A stretch of 64,000 nucleotides of DNA from an uncultured Dehalococcoidales bacterium (GCA_964638975.1 CAZXAJ010000005.1:18213-82212), one strand, 5' to 3'. Shown: positions 35,461 to 45,203, counted from the first letter of the stretch. Numbers and translations are program-made. The notes: generated by a model from the letters alone, not told the origin.

Positions 35461-37170
35461 TCAGTCAAAATTGAAAAGCCCCAGTTCTATCTCCTTTTCT
35501 ATGGTGTTTTCTCCTCTAGGCCCGTACTGGGGTCCCCGAGCTTCCATGAGCACCTTCATTATTTCCCCGGCAGTGATATAGGTTTTTACGGCCTCAATCA
35601 TAGGTGGCATCATATTAACCTTTTCTTTGAATGCCTCATATAGCATCTTCTTCGCCTGTTCCACCTTTGCGTTGTCCCTTTCCCTTCGGACTTTGTCCAA
35701 GCGCTCCACCTGCTTCCGGTACATGGCCTGGTAATCGAAATCAAGTACCTCTGGGACGAAAGTTGATAACATATCCTTTTCGTCCATCACATATTCATTT
35801 ACACCGACAACTATTCTCTGCTTACTATCAATCTCCTTTTGACGTTTGTAGGCAGCTTCCCTTTTCTGTGGCAAAAACCAGGAACAAGCCTTAATTTTGC
35901 ACGCACCTCCCAATTCCTCAAGTTTGTCTATGATTTTCTGGGCCTCCTCCTCCATTTTGTTTGTTAGCCACTCCACATAGTACGAGCCCCCTAGAGGGTC
36001 AGCGACGTTTACAATCCCCGACTCGTGCTCTACAATCTGCTGCGTTCTCAAGGAGAGCACCTTGCCAACATCAGATGGCGTTGATAGGGCTTCATCATAG
36101 GTATCCACAGCCAATGACTGAACCCCTGCCAGAGATGCTGCCAAGGTATGAATAGTACCCCTAACAAGGTTATTCAAAGGCTGTTGTGCCGTGAAGGTGG
36201 GGCCAAGGCTTTGGACGTGGACTCTCATCCTCAATGAGCGCGGGTCTTTAGCGCCAAATTCCTCTTTCATCATTCTGGCCCACATCCTTCTCAGTGCTCT
36301 GAACTTGGCTACCTCCTCAAACAAGTCATTGCCAACTCTGAAATAGGAGTGTATTCTCGGAGCGAAGCGGTCAATCTCTATACCTCGCTTCATTACCTCC
36401 CTAATCCCATCCTTGCCCACAGCTATGCCCCAAGCTAGCTCCTGGACTGCTGTTAAGCCTCCGTCCCTGATGTTCGCAGCATCAATATAAAAGGCATTCC
36501 AGTTAGGCATTTCATCGGCACAGAATTCAACCATATCAATAAAGGGATTGCCTTTGTTCTCTGGATAGAGAATCAGCCTTACTTGGGCGGAAGAACTGCC
36601 CTGGAGTGTTTTTCTGTCATAGCCTCTCTTTTCGGCTGCCACGACAAACATAGCGAGGTCAATAGGAAAGAGCCCGGCCATAACGTGGAACTTTTCCAGG
36701 TCTATTCCATCGTACAAGTCTTCGAAATCAGCCAGCGTGTCCATCTTGGTGTTGTGTCTGAAGGCATGTCCTAGATATAGCGGGTCGTCGGTATCCCAGG
36801 ATGTCTTCTTCCCTGCGAAAGTGCCGGCATGGAGGGCAAACGCCGTTTGGCCCTGAGATATGAGATACTTGGCCAGTTTGTTACACTCGTCGGCTGTGCC
36901 GCGCGCGGCCACTTGCCGCCTATTCCATGCCCTTGTTCGGTAGCCACTGGGGAATACGCCGCGAGTATAGGGATACTGCCCGGGAAAGCCGATTTCACTC
37001 AGATAGTCTATCCCCTCAACATCGGCTGGGGTATAGACCCGGTCAACGGGTATCCAAGAGTCAGTTGCGTATTCACTCTTCTGCTCGGGAACCTTTTCCA
37101 GACTGCGAGCTGCCCGCTCGTCATACTCTTTCCTTGCTTCCTTGATCTTTTCCAGCTCTTTCTCGTTCAT
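35461..37170 (-). CDS. B12-dependent acyl-CoA mutase, large (substrate-binding TIM-barrel) subunit, copy 1; non-canonical
   Basis: FPGQYPYTRGVFPSGYRTRAWNRRQ..., FEEVAKFRALRRMWARMM, QSLGPTFTAQQPLNNLVR, DPLGGSYYVEWLT are methylmalonyl-CoA-mutase-family blocks. ATG at 37170 behind AGGAGG. The track ORF runs to 37200. Confidence 0.9.
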   Translation of the reverse strand: MNEKELEKIKEARKEYDERAARSLEKVPEQKSEYATDSWIPVDRVYTPADVEGIDYLSEIGFPGQYPYTRGVFPSGYRTRAWNRRQVAARGTADECNKLAKYLISQGQTAFALHAGTFAGKKTSWDTDDPLYLGHAFRHNTKMDTLADFEDLYDGIDLEKFHVMAGLFPIDLAMFVVAAEKRGYDRKTLQGSSSAQVRLILYPENKGNPFIDMVEFCADEMPNWNAFYIDAANIRDGGLTAVQELAWGIAVGKDGIREVMKRGIEIDRFAPRIHSYFRVGNDLFEEVAKFRALRRMWARMMKEEFGAKDPRSLRMRVHVQSLGPTFTAQQPLNNLVRGTIHTLAASLAGVQSLAVDTYDEALSTPSDVGKVLSLRTQQIVEHESGIVNVADPLGGSYYVEWLTNKMEEEAQKIIDKLEELGGACKIKACSWFLPQKREAAYKRQKEIDSKQRIVVGVNEYVMDEKDMLSTFVPEVLDFDYQAMYRKQVERLDKVRRERDNAKVEQAKKMLYEAFKEKVNMMPPMIEAVKTYITAGEIMKVLMEARGPQYGPRGENTIEKEIELGLFNFD

Positions 37171-37222
37171 TAGCTTGCCTCCTGTTTCCTTTCCGGTCAC
37201 TTCTTACGAATTACTAGTTTGA

Positions 37223-37612
37223 TTACTCTCGGTGGTGTCCCTTCATAAGACTAGCGATGGAGTCTATCGAGGTACCAGGACCGAATACCTCAATAACCCC
37301 CATCTCTTTCAATTTAGTAACTTCTCGCGGACGAATTATGCCCCCCGCAATAATAGGTATGTCAGCACCTTTCTCCTTCAGCTTTTGTAACAAGGTCTCA
37401 ACCAGGTAAATAGGGTCTCCAGCCATATTACGGAAGCCAATAAAATCCACGTCCTCCTGAATGGCAGTCTCCGCAGCTTCTTCAGGCAATTGCGCGCCTC
37501 CGAGGATCACCTCAATCCCACGCTCTCTAAGTCCTGTAGCAAGAATGTTGTATCCTGCCTCGTGACCATCCATGGGGTGTCGGGTAAGCAGCATTCGTAT
37601 TTTCTTCTCCAT
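37223..37612 (-). CDS. Acyl-CoA mutase small subunit (B12-binding domain), copy 1
   Basis: 129 aa. DxHxxG motif as MDGHEAGYN, then SxL- and GG-type blocks (DFIGFRNMAG, IIAGGIIRP). Confidence 0.9.
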   Translation of the reverse strand: MEKKIRMLLTRHPMDGHEAGYNILATGLRERGIEVILGGAQLPEEAAETAIQEDVDFIGFRNMAGDPIYLVETLLQKLKEKGADIPIIAGGIIRPREVTKLKEMGVIEVFGPGTSIDSIASLMKGHHRE

Positions 37613-37891
37613 ATTGAAATCTCCCTTTCGCTAAAATCTGCTGACTAGAATGTGGTATTTTATACTATTGCGAGCTCTCTGGCAAACTCTAATCGCAGAG
37701 CTGATGGGCGACGAACGAGGTCTCTACTCTTGGATTGGGTTGTCCCCGAAACTAGAGACAAGGTCATGTCTTTTCTTATGTGAAAATAGACGGAGTTAAT
37801 AACACATCAAATAGCGTATGGTAAAAAGCCTGGGCAAAAGCAGACATTGCCTATGGGGGCTGACAAGAGATGTCGAAAGCCTGTCGATATA

Positions 37892-39604
37892 TCAGTGGTA
37901 AGTGAAAAGTGCTAACTCTAACTCGTTCTCTAGTTTATCTCCTCCCCTGGGTCCATATTGCTTCCCCCGGGCTTCCATGAGCACCTTGATTACTTCTCCG
38001 CCACTTATGTATGTTTTTGCAGCCTCGATAAGCGGTGGCATAATGTTCTCCCTGGCTTTAAACACCTCATATAGCCTTTTCTTAGCCGTCTCTACTGCTG
38101 AATTGTCTCTTTCCTTTCGGATCTTGTTAAGGCGGTCTATCTGCTTCTGGAGAAGGACAGGATCGTACTTTCTCAAATGGGGGGCAAAGGTTGCTAGCGT
38201 GTCCTCCTCGTCCATCACGTATTCATTAACTCCGACGAGTATTCTTTCTTTGTTATCGATCTCTCTTTGATATTTTGCTGCGGAGGCCTTCATTTGTTCG
38301 TAAAACCAAGAGCAAGCCTTGACTCTACAGGCTCCTCCCAAATCCTCAAGCTTGTCTATTATTTTCTGGGCCTCTTCCTCCAGTTTATTGGTTAACCACT
38401 CCACGTAGTACGAGCCCCCTAGAGGGTCCACGACATCTGTCACGCCGGTCTCGTGCTCTATAATCTGTGCTGTCCTCAGGGATAGTATCTGGGCAAACTC
38501 TGATGGAGTTGCCAGAGGTTCATCAAAAGTCTGTATGGACAAAGATTGAGCTCCTCCCAGAATTGCTGCCAGACCATGGAAAGCACTCCTAACAAGGTTA
38601 TTCAAAGGCTGTTGCGCCGCCATGGCGGGGCCATAAGTCTGTACACCAGCTCTCAACCTCCATGACCGCGGGTCCTTGGCACCAAACTTCTCTTTCATCA
38701 CCCTGGCCCACATTCGCCTCATTGCCCTGAACTTGGCTATCTCTTCAAAGAAATCGCTGCCGGCATTGACGTAGAACTGTATCCTTGGGCCAAAACGGTC
38801 GATGCCTATGCCTCTCTCCATTACTGTCCTGACTCCATCCATTCCCACCGCTATACCCCAGGCTATCTCCTGGACCGCAGTCAAGCCTCCTTCCCTGATA
38901 TTCCTGGCATCAACATAGAAGGCATTCCAGTTGGGCATTTCATTGGCACAGAATTCAACCATATCGATATAGGGGTTGCCCCTATTTTCGGGGTACAGGA
39001 GCATTCTGACTTTACTGGACACGCTACCTGAGAGCTTTCTCCGATCATAGCCCTTTTTTTCCGCTGCGGCAACGAAGAAGGCAAAGTTAACCCAATTATC
39101 TACGGGTAAAAGGAAGTTGATCTTATCTATGTCAATCCCTTCGAGTACTTCTTCCCAATCAGCTACTGTGTCCCCTTTCGCGTTCGTCTTCATCCCGTAT
39201 CCTATCATTAACTCCTCGTCTGAATCCCAGGGTACCTTAGTCCCTCCACCAGAGATTGCGAAAGCTGCGGTCAGTGCCGTTTGGCCTTGCGCTATAAGGT
39301 TTTTCCATAGCTGATTGCATTCTCCTGGTGTGCCATAACCAACCACTTGCCTCTTGCTCCATGTCCTTGTCCGATGGCCGCTAGGGAATAACCCTCGGGT
39401 ATAGGGATATTGGCCGGGGAAGCCGATGTCCCTCAAATAGTCCGTCCCCTTGATGTCGGCCGGAGTGTAGAGCCGGTCAACAGGTAACCAAGAATCGGTT
39501 TCGTATTTAGTCTTTTGCTCCGGAGTCTTCTGTACGGTACGAGCTACCAACTCATCATACTCTTTTCTTGCTTCTTTGATCTTTTCTATTTCTTTCTTAT
39601 CCAT
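37892..39604 (-). CDS. B12-dependent acyl-CoA mutase large subunit, copy 2 (tandem paralog of copy 1)
   Basis: 570 aa, collinear with copy 1 and with long identical peptide runs (DPLGGSYYVEWLTNK, EEEAQKIIDKLE, MPNWNAFY, AQQPLNNLVR). Confidence 0.9.
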   Translation of the reverse strand: MDKKEIEKIKEARKEYDELVARTVQKTPEQKTKYETDSWLPVDRLYTPADIKGTDYLRDIGFPGQYPYTRGLFPSGHRTRTWSKRQVVGYGTPGECNQLWKNLIAQGQTALTAAFAISGGGTKVPWDSDEELMIGYGMKTNAKGDTVADWEEVLEGIDIDKINFLLPVDNWVNFAFFVAAAEKKGYDRRKLSGSVSSKVRMLLYPENRGNPYIDMVEFCANEMPNWNAFYVDARNIREGGLTAVQEIAWGIAVGMDGVRTVMERGIGIDRFGPRIQFYVNAGSDFFEEIAKFRAMRRMWARVMKEKFGAKDPRSWRLRAGVQTYGPAMAAQQPLNNLVRSAFHGLAAILGGAQSLSIQTFDEPLATPSEFAQILSLRTAQIIEHETGVTDVVDPLGGSYYVEWLTNKLEEEAQKIIDKLEDLGGACRVKACSWFYEQMKASAAKYQREIDNKERILVGVNEYVMDEEDTLATFAPHLRKYDPVLLQKQIDRLNKIRKERDNSAVETAKKRLYEVFKARENIMPPLIEAAKTYISGGEVIKVLMEARGKQYGPRGGDKLENELELALFTYH

Positions 39605-39624
39605 TAGCTTTCCTCCTTACTTCC

Positions 39625-40017
39625 CTAATTACCTCGATGATAGTTCTTCATGAAGTTGGCGATGGAGTCCAGTGAACTACCAGGGCCAAATATCTCGATA
39701 ACTCCCATACTTTTCAATCGGGGGATATCCTTCGAGGTAACTATGCCCCCCACAATGACAGGTATGTCAGCACCCTTTTCCTTTAACTTCTGTAGCAAGA
39801 TTTCGACCAGAATAGTAGGTTCTCCAGACGTAATGCGGTAGCCGATAAAATCCACGTCCTCTTGAATAGCGGTTTCTGCAATTTCCCCAGCTAATTGCGT
39901 TCCCCCCAAGATCACCTCGATCCCACGCTCTCTAAGTCCTGTGGCCACTACATTGTAACCTCTCTCGTGTCCATCGTAAGGGTGCCTAGTCAGCAGCATT
40001 CTTATTTTTTTCTCCAT
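39625..40017 (-). CDS. Acyl-CoA mutase small subunit (B12-binding domain), copy 2
   Basis: 130 aa. MEKKIRMLLTRHPYDGHERGYN (DxHxxG). Paralog of 37223-37612. Confidence 0.9.
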   Translation of the reverse strand: MEKKIRMLLTRHPYDGHERGYNVVATGLRERGIEVILGGTQLAGEIAETAIQEDVDFIGYRITSGEPTILVEILLQKLKEKGADIPVIVGGIVTSKDIPRLKSMGVIEIFGPGSSLDSIANFMKNYHRGN

Positions 40018-40055
40018 GCCGAAACCTCTCTCAAAACGTATTCAGTAGACAGGTT

Positions 40056-40084
40056 ATTTTATTTCGCTAGGGTCTCGCTGTCAA
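40056..40084 (-). promoter_or_regulatory. Promoter candidate for mutase pair 2
   Basis: Minus strand: TTGACA (40079-40084), 17-nt spacer, TAAAAT (40056-40061). Confidence 0.45.
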
Positions 40085-40122
40085 TCAGCATAAAACCATA
40101 AACGTCTTGTCAGATCACAGAC

Positions 40123-40152
40123 TTGACAATTTTGAATTTGAGTTTCTATAAT
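40123..40152 (+). promoter_or_regulatory. Promoter candidate for pyrG
   Basis: TTGACA (40123-40128), 18-nt spacer, TATAAT (40147-40152). Confidence 0.5.
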
Positions 40153-40228
40153 AAAAAGAAACCTAGATTTGTCTCGCATTGTAGGCCCAGTCTTTAGATT
40201 TGGTTTTCTCTATACTCTTGTATAAGCG

Positions 40229-41857
40229 GTGAGCAAGTATATTTTCATTAGTGGTGGCGTAGTTAGTTCTGTAGGCAAGGGGATTTCGGTAGCCTCTATT
40301 GGCAGAATACTCAAAAGCCGTGGTATATCTATTGTTGTGCAGAAGCTTGACCCTTATTTGAATGTTGACCCGGGGACGATGTCCCCTTACCAGCACGGTG
40401 AAGTTTTTGTTACTCAAGATGGTGCCGAGACTGATTTGGATTTAGGACATTATGAGAGATTTATTGGAGTGGAATTGACCCAAGCCTCCAACGTCACTTC
40501 CGGTCAAGTGTATTCTTCGGTCATTGCTCAGGAGAGGCGAGGGGATTTTTTGGGGGGCACAATTCAGGTGGTTCCCCATGTAACCAATGAAATAAAAAGG
40601 CGGATAAGGGAAGTAGCCGAAATATCCCAGGCTGAGGTAATCCTTGTTGAAGTTGGCGGCACTGTGGGAGATATTGAGGGACAACCCTTCCTTGAAGCTA
40701 TAAGGCAGATGAGAAAGGACGAAGGCAGGGATAATGTGCTATACATTCACGTCACTTTTTTACCACACATCGCTGCCACCGATGAACTGAAGACCAAGCC
40801 CACTCAACACAGCGTCAACGAGCTAAGGAGAATTGGTATTCAGCCCGATGTTATACTGTGTCGCAGCGATAAGGAGATATCTGAAGGGATAAAGGACAAA
40901 ATATCGCTATTTTGCGATGTAGATAAAGGTGCGGTTATCCCCTTGGTTACTAGCGAGACCATTTATGAGGTGCCCCTGTTGCTTGAGGATGCTGGATTAG
41001 GAGAATTTATAGTTAGCCGATTGAGATTGAAAGCTGAGGAAAGCAATCTAGAAGAATGGCGAGACATGGTAGCCAAGCTGAAAGCTCCTAAGGAGCCTGT
41101 AATCATTGGATTGGTAGGCAAGTACGTGGAGCTCCGAGATGCTTATTACTCCGTGCGCGAAGCATTATGCCACGCAGCATTAGCTCACAATCGTGAGGTG
41201 AAGATAGAGTGGCTGGATTCAGAGGAATTGGACAGGATGGGCGATGATAAGCTTGGGCAAGTTCAGGGTGTAATCGTTCCTGGTGGCTTTGGCTACCGGG
41301 GAATTGAAGGCATGATAAAAGCCGCCAAATTTGCTAGGGAAAGAGAAGTCCCATACTTGGGCCTATGCTTGGGGATGCAAACTATGGTCATCGAATTCGG
41401 TCGTCACGTTTTCCATACCGAAAAGGTAAATTCTACTGAGTTTGATGCGAACAGTGCTTATCCTGTTATCGACCTCCTCCCTGAGCAGCGTGGCATAGAG
41501 CAAAAGGGAGGGACCATGAGACTCGGGACTTATCCCTGTCATCTGGTAGCAGGAACAACAGCAGCTTGTGCCTACGGCAGCGAAGTAGCCTATGAAAGGC
41601 ATCGCCACCGTTACGAATTTAACAATGAATTCCGTCAGTCATTAGAGGAAGCCGGGCTTGTACCCTCTGGGCTGTCACCGGATGGGAGATTGGTGGAAAT
41701 TAGCGAGTTACGAAATCATCCCTGGATGCTTGCGTGCCAATTTCATCCTGAATTCAAATCTCGCCCCGATTCTCCCCACCCGTTATTCCTCGGGTTTGTT
41801 GGGGCAGCCAAGGAGACACTTGTTGAAGGTGCTCAGACAAGCCTGCCTTTAAATTAA
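40229..41857 (+). CDS. pyrG: CTP synthase
   Basis: GTG start. [17 protein letters not shown]..., and a glutaminase domain with LGLCLGMQ and the HRHRYE.N triad region. Confidence 0.95.
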   Translation: MSKYIFISGGVVSSVGKGISVASIGRILKSRGISIVVQKLDPYLNVDPGTMSPYQHGEVFVTQDGAETDLDLGHYERFIGVELTQASNVTSGQVYSSVIAQERRGDFLGGTIQVVPHVTNEIKRRIREVAEISQAEVILVEVGGTVGDIEGQPFLEAIRQMRKDEGRDNVLYIHVTFLPHIAATDELKTKPTQHSVNELRRIGIQPDVILCRSDKEISEGIKDKISLFCDVDKGAVIPLVTSETIYEVPLLLEDAGLGEFIVSRLRLKAEESNLEEWRDMVAKLKAPKEPVIIGLVGKYVELRDAYYSVREALCHAALAHNREVKIEWLDSEELDRMGDDKLGQVQGVIVPGGFGYRGIEGMIKAAKFAREREVPYLGLCLGMQTMVIEFGRHVFHTEKVNSTEFDANSAYPVIDLLPEQRGIEQKGGTMRLGTYPCHLVAGTTAACAYGSEVAYERHRHRYEFNNEFRQSLEEAGLVPSGLSPDGRLVEISELRNHPWMLACQFHPEFKSRPDSPHPLFLGFVGAAKETLVEGAQTSLPLN

Positions 41858-41861
41858 GAAG

Positions 41862-42527
41862 ATGAGGATATTTTTAGATACTGCCAATATAGAGCATATC
41901 CGTCATGGTGTGCGACTAGGGGTGGTTACAGGGGTGACTACCAATCCTAGCCTTGTATCGAGAGAGGGCAAGGTTGATTATCAAAAGGTGGTCAAGGAAA
42001 TTTGCTCCGTTGTCCATGGCCCGGTATCAACTGAGGTATTGGGCGAGGATGTCCAAACAATGGTGGCTGAAGCCAGAGAGATAGCTAAATGGGCGGAGAA
42101 CATTGTTGTTAAAATACCTGCTAGCCTTGAAGGAGTGGAAGCTACCTCGGTGCTGGCTAGTGAGAACATAAAGGTGAATTTAACTTTATGCTTCACCTTG
42201 AACCAGGCTTTGCTGGGGGCAGCCGCGGGAGCAACTTTTGTAAGCCCTTTTGTGGGCAGATTAGATGATATTGGCGAGGATGGTATGAAGGTGGTGACTG
42301 ACATTGTGGAATACCTGGACTATTATCAACTACCTACCCAAGTTATCGCTGCCAGTATCAGACATCCTCAACATTGTTCAACGGCAGCTAAGATTGGTGC
42401 CCATATCGCCACAGTGCCATATGAAGTGTTGTTACAAATGATACGGCACCCGCTAACGGATATCGGCATCGGGCGTTTTAGAGATGACTGGAAAAGGGTG
42501 ATGGGCGAGAGGGGAATTTTATCGTAA
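41862..42527 (+). CDS. tal: Transaldolase / fructose-6-phosphate aldolase (short type 3B)
   Basis: 221 aa. MRIFLDTANIEHI...GVTTNPSL...VVKIPA...NLTLCF...FVSPFVGRLDD. Confidence 0.9.
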   Translation: MRIFLDTANIEHIRHGVRLGVVTGVTTNPSLVSREGKVDYQKVVKEICSVVHGPVSTEVLGEDVQTMVAEAREIAKWAENIVVKIPASLEGVEATSVLASENIKVNLTLCFTLNQALLGAAAGATFVSPFVGRLDDIGEDGMKVVTDIVEYLDYYQLPTQVIAASIRHPQHCSTAAKIGAHIATVPYEVLLQMIRHPLTDIGIGRFRDDWKRVMGERGILS

Positions 42528-42581
42528 AAGCCCTCAAGAAACATATATACAAAAGGGAAAGGTGTTTAGAAAGAGGCTGCT

Positions 42582-43847
42582 ATGTTAACCATGGTGCAAC
42601 TGGAAAGCAAAAATAGGGATGAGTTGGAGGCACTAGCTAAGGAGTGCGGCATCACCGGCTACTCTGCCTTAAAGAAGCCTGAGCTTATCCACCGCATCTT
42701 GCAGGCGGAAGCACAACAACAGGGAAATGTGTTTATAACAGGCATCTTGGAAATCATCAGCGAGGGCTATGGCTTCCTACGACAAGATAGCTTCCTGCGC
42801 GGTGCCAATGATGTCTATGTGTCAAATTCCCAGATCCGCCGTTTCAACTTGAGAGACGGCGATATTATTTCTGGTCAAGCCAGACCTCCTAAAGAAAGCG
42901 AAAAATATTATGGCTTGCTTCGAGTAGAAAGTATCAATGGACTTGACCCTGAAGCGGCAAGAACGCGGCGCAATTTCGGTTCGTTGACACCCACCTTCCC
43001 TAACAAGCTCATCAATCTGGAAACAACATCAAACGAGTTATCCACCCGTCTAATTAATCTGGTGGCACCTATAGGACGGGGACAAAGAGGGCTTATTGTG
43101 TCACCACCTAAAGCAGGCAAGACCATGCTTCTTAAGAAAATCGCTAATGCCGTGGCTACTAACTACAATGACATTCATCTTATGGTGTGTCTTATTGGAG
43201 AAAGGCCCGAAGAGGTCACTGATATGAAGAGGTCAGTTAGGACGGAGGTTATAGCTGCTACCTTCGATGAACCGGTGGAGAACCAGACTCGGGTAGCGGA
43301 ATTAGCATTAGAGAGAGCCAAAAGGCTAGTAGAAATGGGCAAAGATGTGTTCATACTCCTTGATGGCATTACCAGGCTTACAAGGGCCTACAACTTAGCC
43401 ATGCCCACTAGCGGGCGTACTCTGTCTGGCGGTGTTGATTCAACGGCCTTGCATCCTCCCAAGCGCTTCTTTGGTACGGCTCGCAATAGCGATGAGGGCG
43501 GCAGCCTGACCATCATCGCTACCTGCCTCGTGGATACCGGCAGCCGCATGGATGACCTCATATATGAGGAGTTTAAGGGAACGGGTAATATGGAACTCCA
43601 CTTAGATAGAAAATTATCCGAGAGGAGAATCTTCCCGGCGATAGATATTATGCCTAGCAGCACAAGGAGGGAAGAGCTTTTACTGGATGAAAATACCTTA
43701 AAACAGGTATGGCTGCTCAGGCGCGTAATTAATATGATAGATAGCGATTCCCCTAACCATGGCGAGGCGACACAGAGGATCTTGGAAAGATTGGCTAAGA
43801 CAAGGAATAACGCTGAATTCTTAGCCACTCTATCTAAGGATATGTAG
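42582..43847 (+). CDS. rho: Transcription termination factor Rho
   Basis: Rho_N (ELEALAKECGITGYSALKKPELI), a CSD-like RNA-binding domain (GYGFLR), Walker A PPKAGKT, ...GGSLTIIATCLVDTGSRMD. Confidence 0.95.
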   Translation: MLTMVQLESKNRDELEALAKECGITGYSALKKPELIHRILQAEAQQQGNVFITGILEIISEGYGFLRQDSFLRGANDVYVSNSQIRRFNLRDGDIISGQARPPKESEKYYGLLRVESINGLDPEAARTRRNFGSLTPTFPNKLINLETTSNELSTRLINLVAPIGRGQRGLIVSPPKAGKTMLLKKIANAVATNYNDIHLMVCLIGERPEEVTDMKRSVRTEVIAATFDEPVENQTRVAELALERAKRLVEMGKDVFILLDGITRLTRAYNLAMPTSGRTLSGGVDSTALHPPKRFFGTARNSDEGGSLTIIATCLVDTGSRMDDLIYEEFKGTGNMELHLDRKLSERRIFPAIDIMPSSTRREELLLDENTLKQVWLLRRVINMIDSDSPNHGEATQRILERLAKTRNNAEFLATLSKDM

Positions 43848-43861
43848 GGAATAAAATATTA

Positions 43862-44065
43862 TTGTCTCGGGCTGCAGCTCTGAACGAAGTGAAGAAGCGA
43901 AGCAATCCCAGCTGGATAGACAGATTCAAACTAAGGGTCAAAAAAGGGCTTGGCATGAATGTTTTCCTCTGTGATAGCTGTAAATGGAACTGGAGAACTG
44001 CTTGTCATCGTCCTGAGCGCCCCAACGCCACCTGGTGCCCTGATTATGCGAAGAAGGGCAAATAA
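43862..44065 (+). CDS. Small Cys-rich hypothetical protein (start uncertain: TTG 43862 or ATG 43955)
   Basis: ...MNVFLCDSCKWNWRTACHRPERPNATWCPDYAKKGK has a CxxC...C...C pattern. Ribosome-binding sites are weak and I recognise no family. Confidence 0.3.
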   Translation: MSRAAALNEVKKRSNPSWIDRFKLRVKKGLGMNVFLCDSCKWNWRTACHRPERPNATWCPDYAKKGK

Positions 44066-44342
44066 CTAAATTCTTGGTGTATGTGGGTAGAGTGGGACCC
44101 CATAATGGCAAAAACAATCCTCTTCTGGGCCCCCACCTGGATTGCACTAATAGTAAAAGGCATCCTCTGTTCCGGCTTGTCCAGGCACCGGGTGGCAGTG
44201 CTCGGTGCAGGGGCCAATAACTTGACAATACCTCAAAATACAATGTACCATGACCCAAGGATGTGGTCCTCGAGGCGGATAATTTCAGTGAAAAATTGTC
44301 AGCTTTGCTAGGGGCCATTATTTTTTTGGAAAGGAGAACGAA

Positions 44343-45134
44343 ATGGATTTAGGTCTAGCGGGCAAAACGGTCATTGTTACGGGAGGCGGTTCAAACATTG
44401 GGCGTGCTATTTCCCTGACTTTTGCCAGGGAAGGGGCAAATTTGGCAGTCGCGGAGCTGAAAGCGGAGTTCGGTGAGAAAACAGTCCAAGAGGCCAATGC
44501 TCTCAAGGCGGGGGGGCGCAGTTTGGTGATTGAGGCAGACGTGACCAAGTTTGATGCGGTGGAGGCTATGGTAAATAAGGCCATAGGAGAGTTTGGTAAG
44601 GTAGATATACTGGTTAACAACGTAGGCTGGGACGAAGTCATGCTGTTTATTGATACTACTCCTGATTTGTGGGATAAGATAATCAGCATAAACTACAAGG
44701 GTGTGCTCAATTGTACCAAGGCGGTACTCCCACACATGATAGAGCAAAAGAGTGGGGCGATTGTAAGCATAGGCTCGGATGCCGGGCGCATAGGAGAATT
44801 CAGAGAATCAGTTTATGGGGGCTGCAAAGGCGCCGTAATTGCCTTTACCAAGGCAGTAGCCAGGGAGACAGGACGCTATGGGATAAGGTTAAATGTCGTC
44901 TGTCCAGGGATGACCGTCCCTGGGGATGAGGAGATAGGGAGTGGAAGCATGTGGCAAGTGACGAAGGCTCAATACCCTCCTGAACTTGTGGAAAAAATAG
45001 GAAAGAGCTATCCATTGCGCCGGGTTGGGAAGGCCCAAGAGGTAGCCAATGCCGTGGCATTCCTGGCCTCGGATGCTGCCAGCTTCATAACCGGACAAAC
45101 CCTCAGTGCCAGTGGCGGCTACACCATGATGTAA
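44343..45134 (+). CDS. Short-chain dehydrogenase/reductase (FabG-like)
   Basis: 263 aa. TGGGSNIGRA, NNVG, S...YGGCKGA (catalytic YxxxK), ...ASDAASFITGQTLSASGG. GGAGAA Shine-Dalgarno. Confidence 0.9.
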   Translation: MDLGLAGKTVIVTGGGSNIGRAISLTFAREGANLAVAELKAEFGEKTVQEANALKAGGRSLVIEADVTKFDAVEAMVNKAIGEFGKVDILVNNVGWDEVMLFIDTTPDLWDKIISINYKGVLNCTKAVLPHMIEQKSGAIVSIGSDAGRIGEFRESVYGGCKGAVIAFTKAVARETGRYGIRLNVVCPGMTVPGDEEIGSGSMWQVTKAQYPPELVEKIGKSYPLRRVGKAQEVANAVAFLASDAASFITGQTLSASGGYTMM

Positions 45135-45203
45135 CTTGGCGGTGGATGACTTCTCTAAGAGGCAAGGAGTTTTTTTGAGGCACCATAATTTAAGGAGGTG
45201 AAA

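Noticed and set aside
37613-37891. Cobalamin riboswitch upstream of the mutase genes (also checked at 40018-40228, 44066-44342 and 47122-47282)
   Set aside because: I could not find the conserved core (GGGAA...GGTGAAAATCC...GCCACTG) or a B12 box on either strand. This was only an eye scan, so cmscan should confirm it.
43880-43892. 13-nt exact match CTGAACGAAGTGA shared with 63384-63396 (19/24 over the extended alignment), as evidence for an interspersed repeat family
   Set aside because: Dozens of 13-mer coincidences are expected by chance in 64 kb on both strands. That is not sufficient on its own.
43938-44318. 126-aa minus-strand ORF and 76-aa plus-strand ORF (44081-44311)
   Set aside because: No Shine-Dalgarno and no recognisable motifs, and the two overlap each other in a GC-rich gap. 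I treat this as non-coding; see the finding on 44066-44342.
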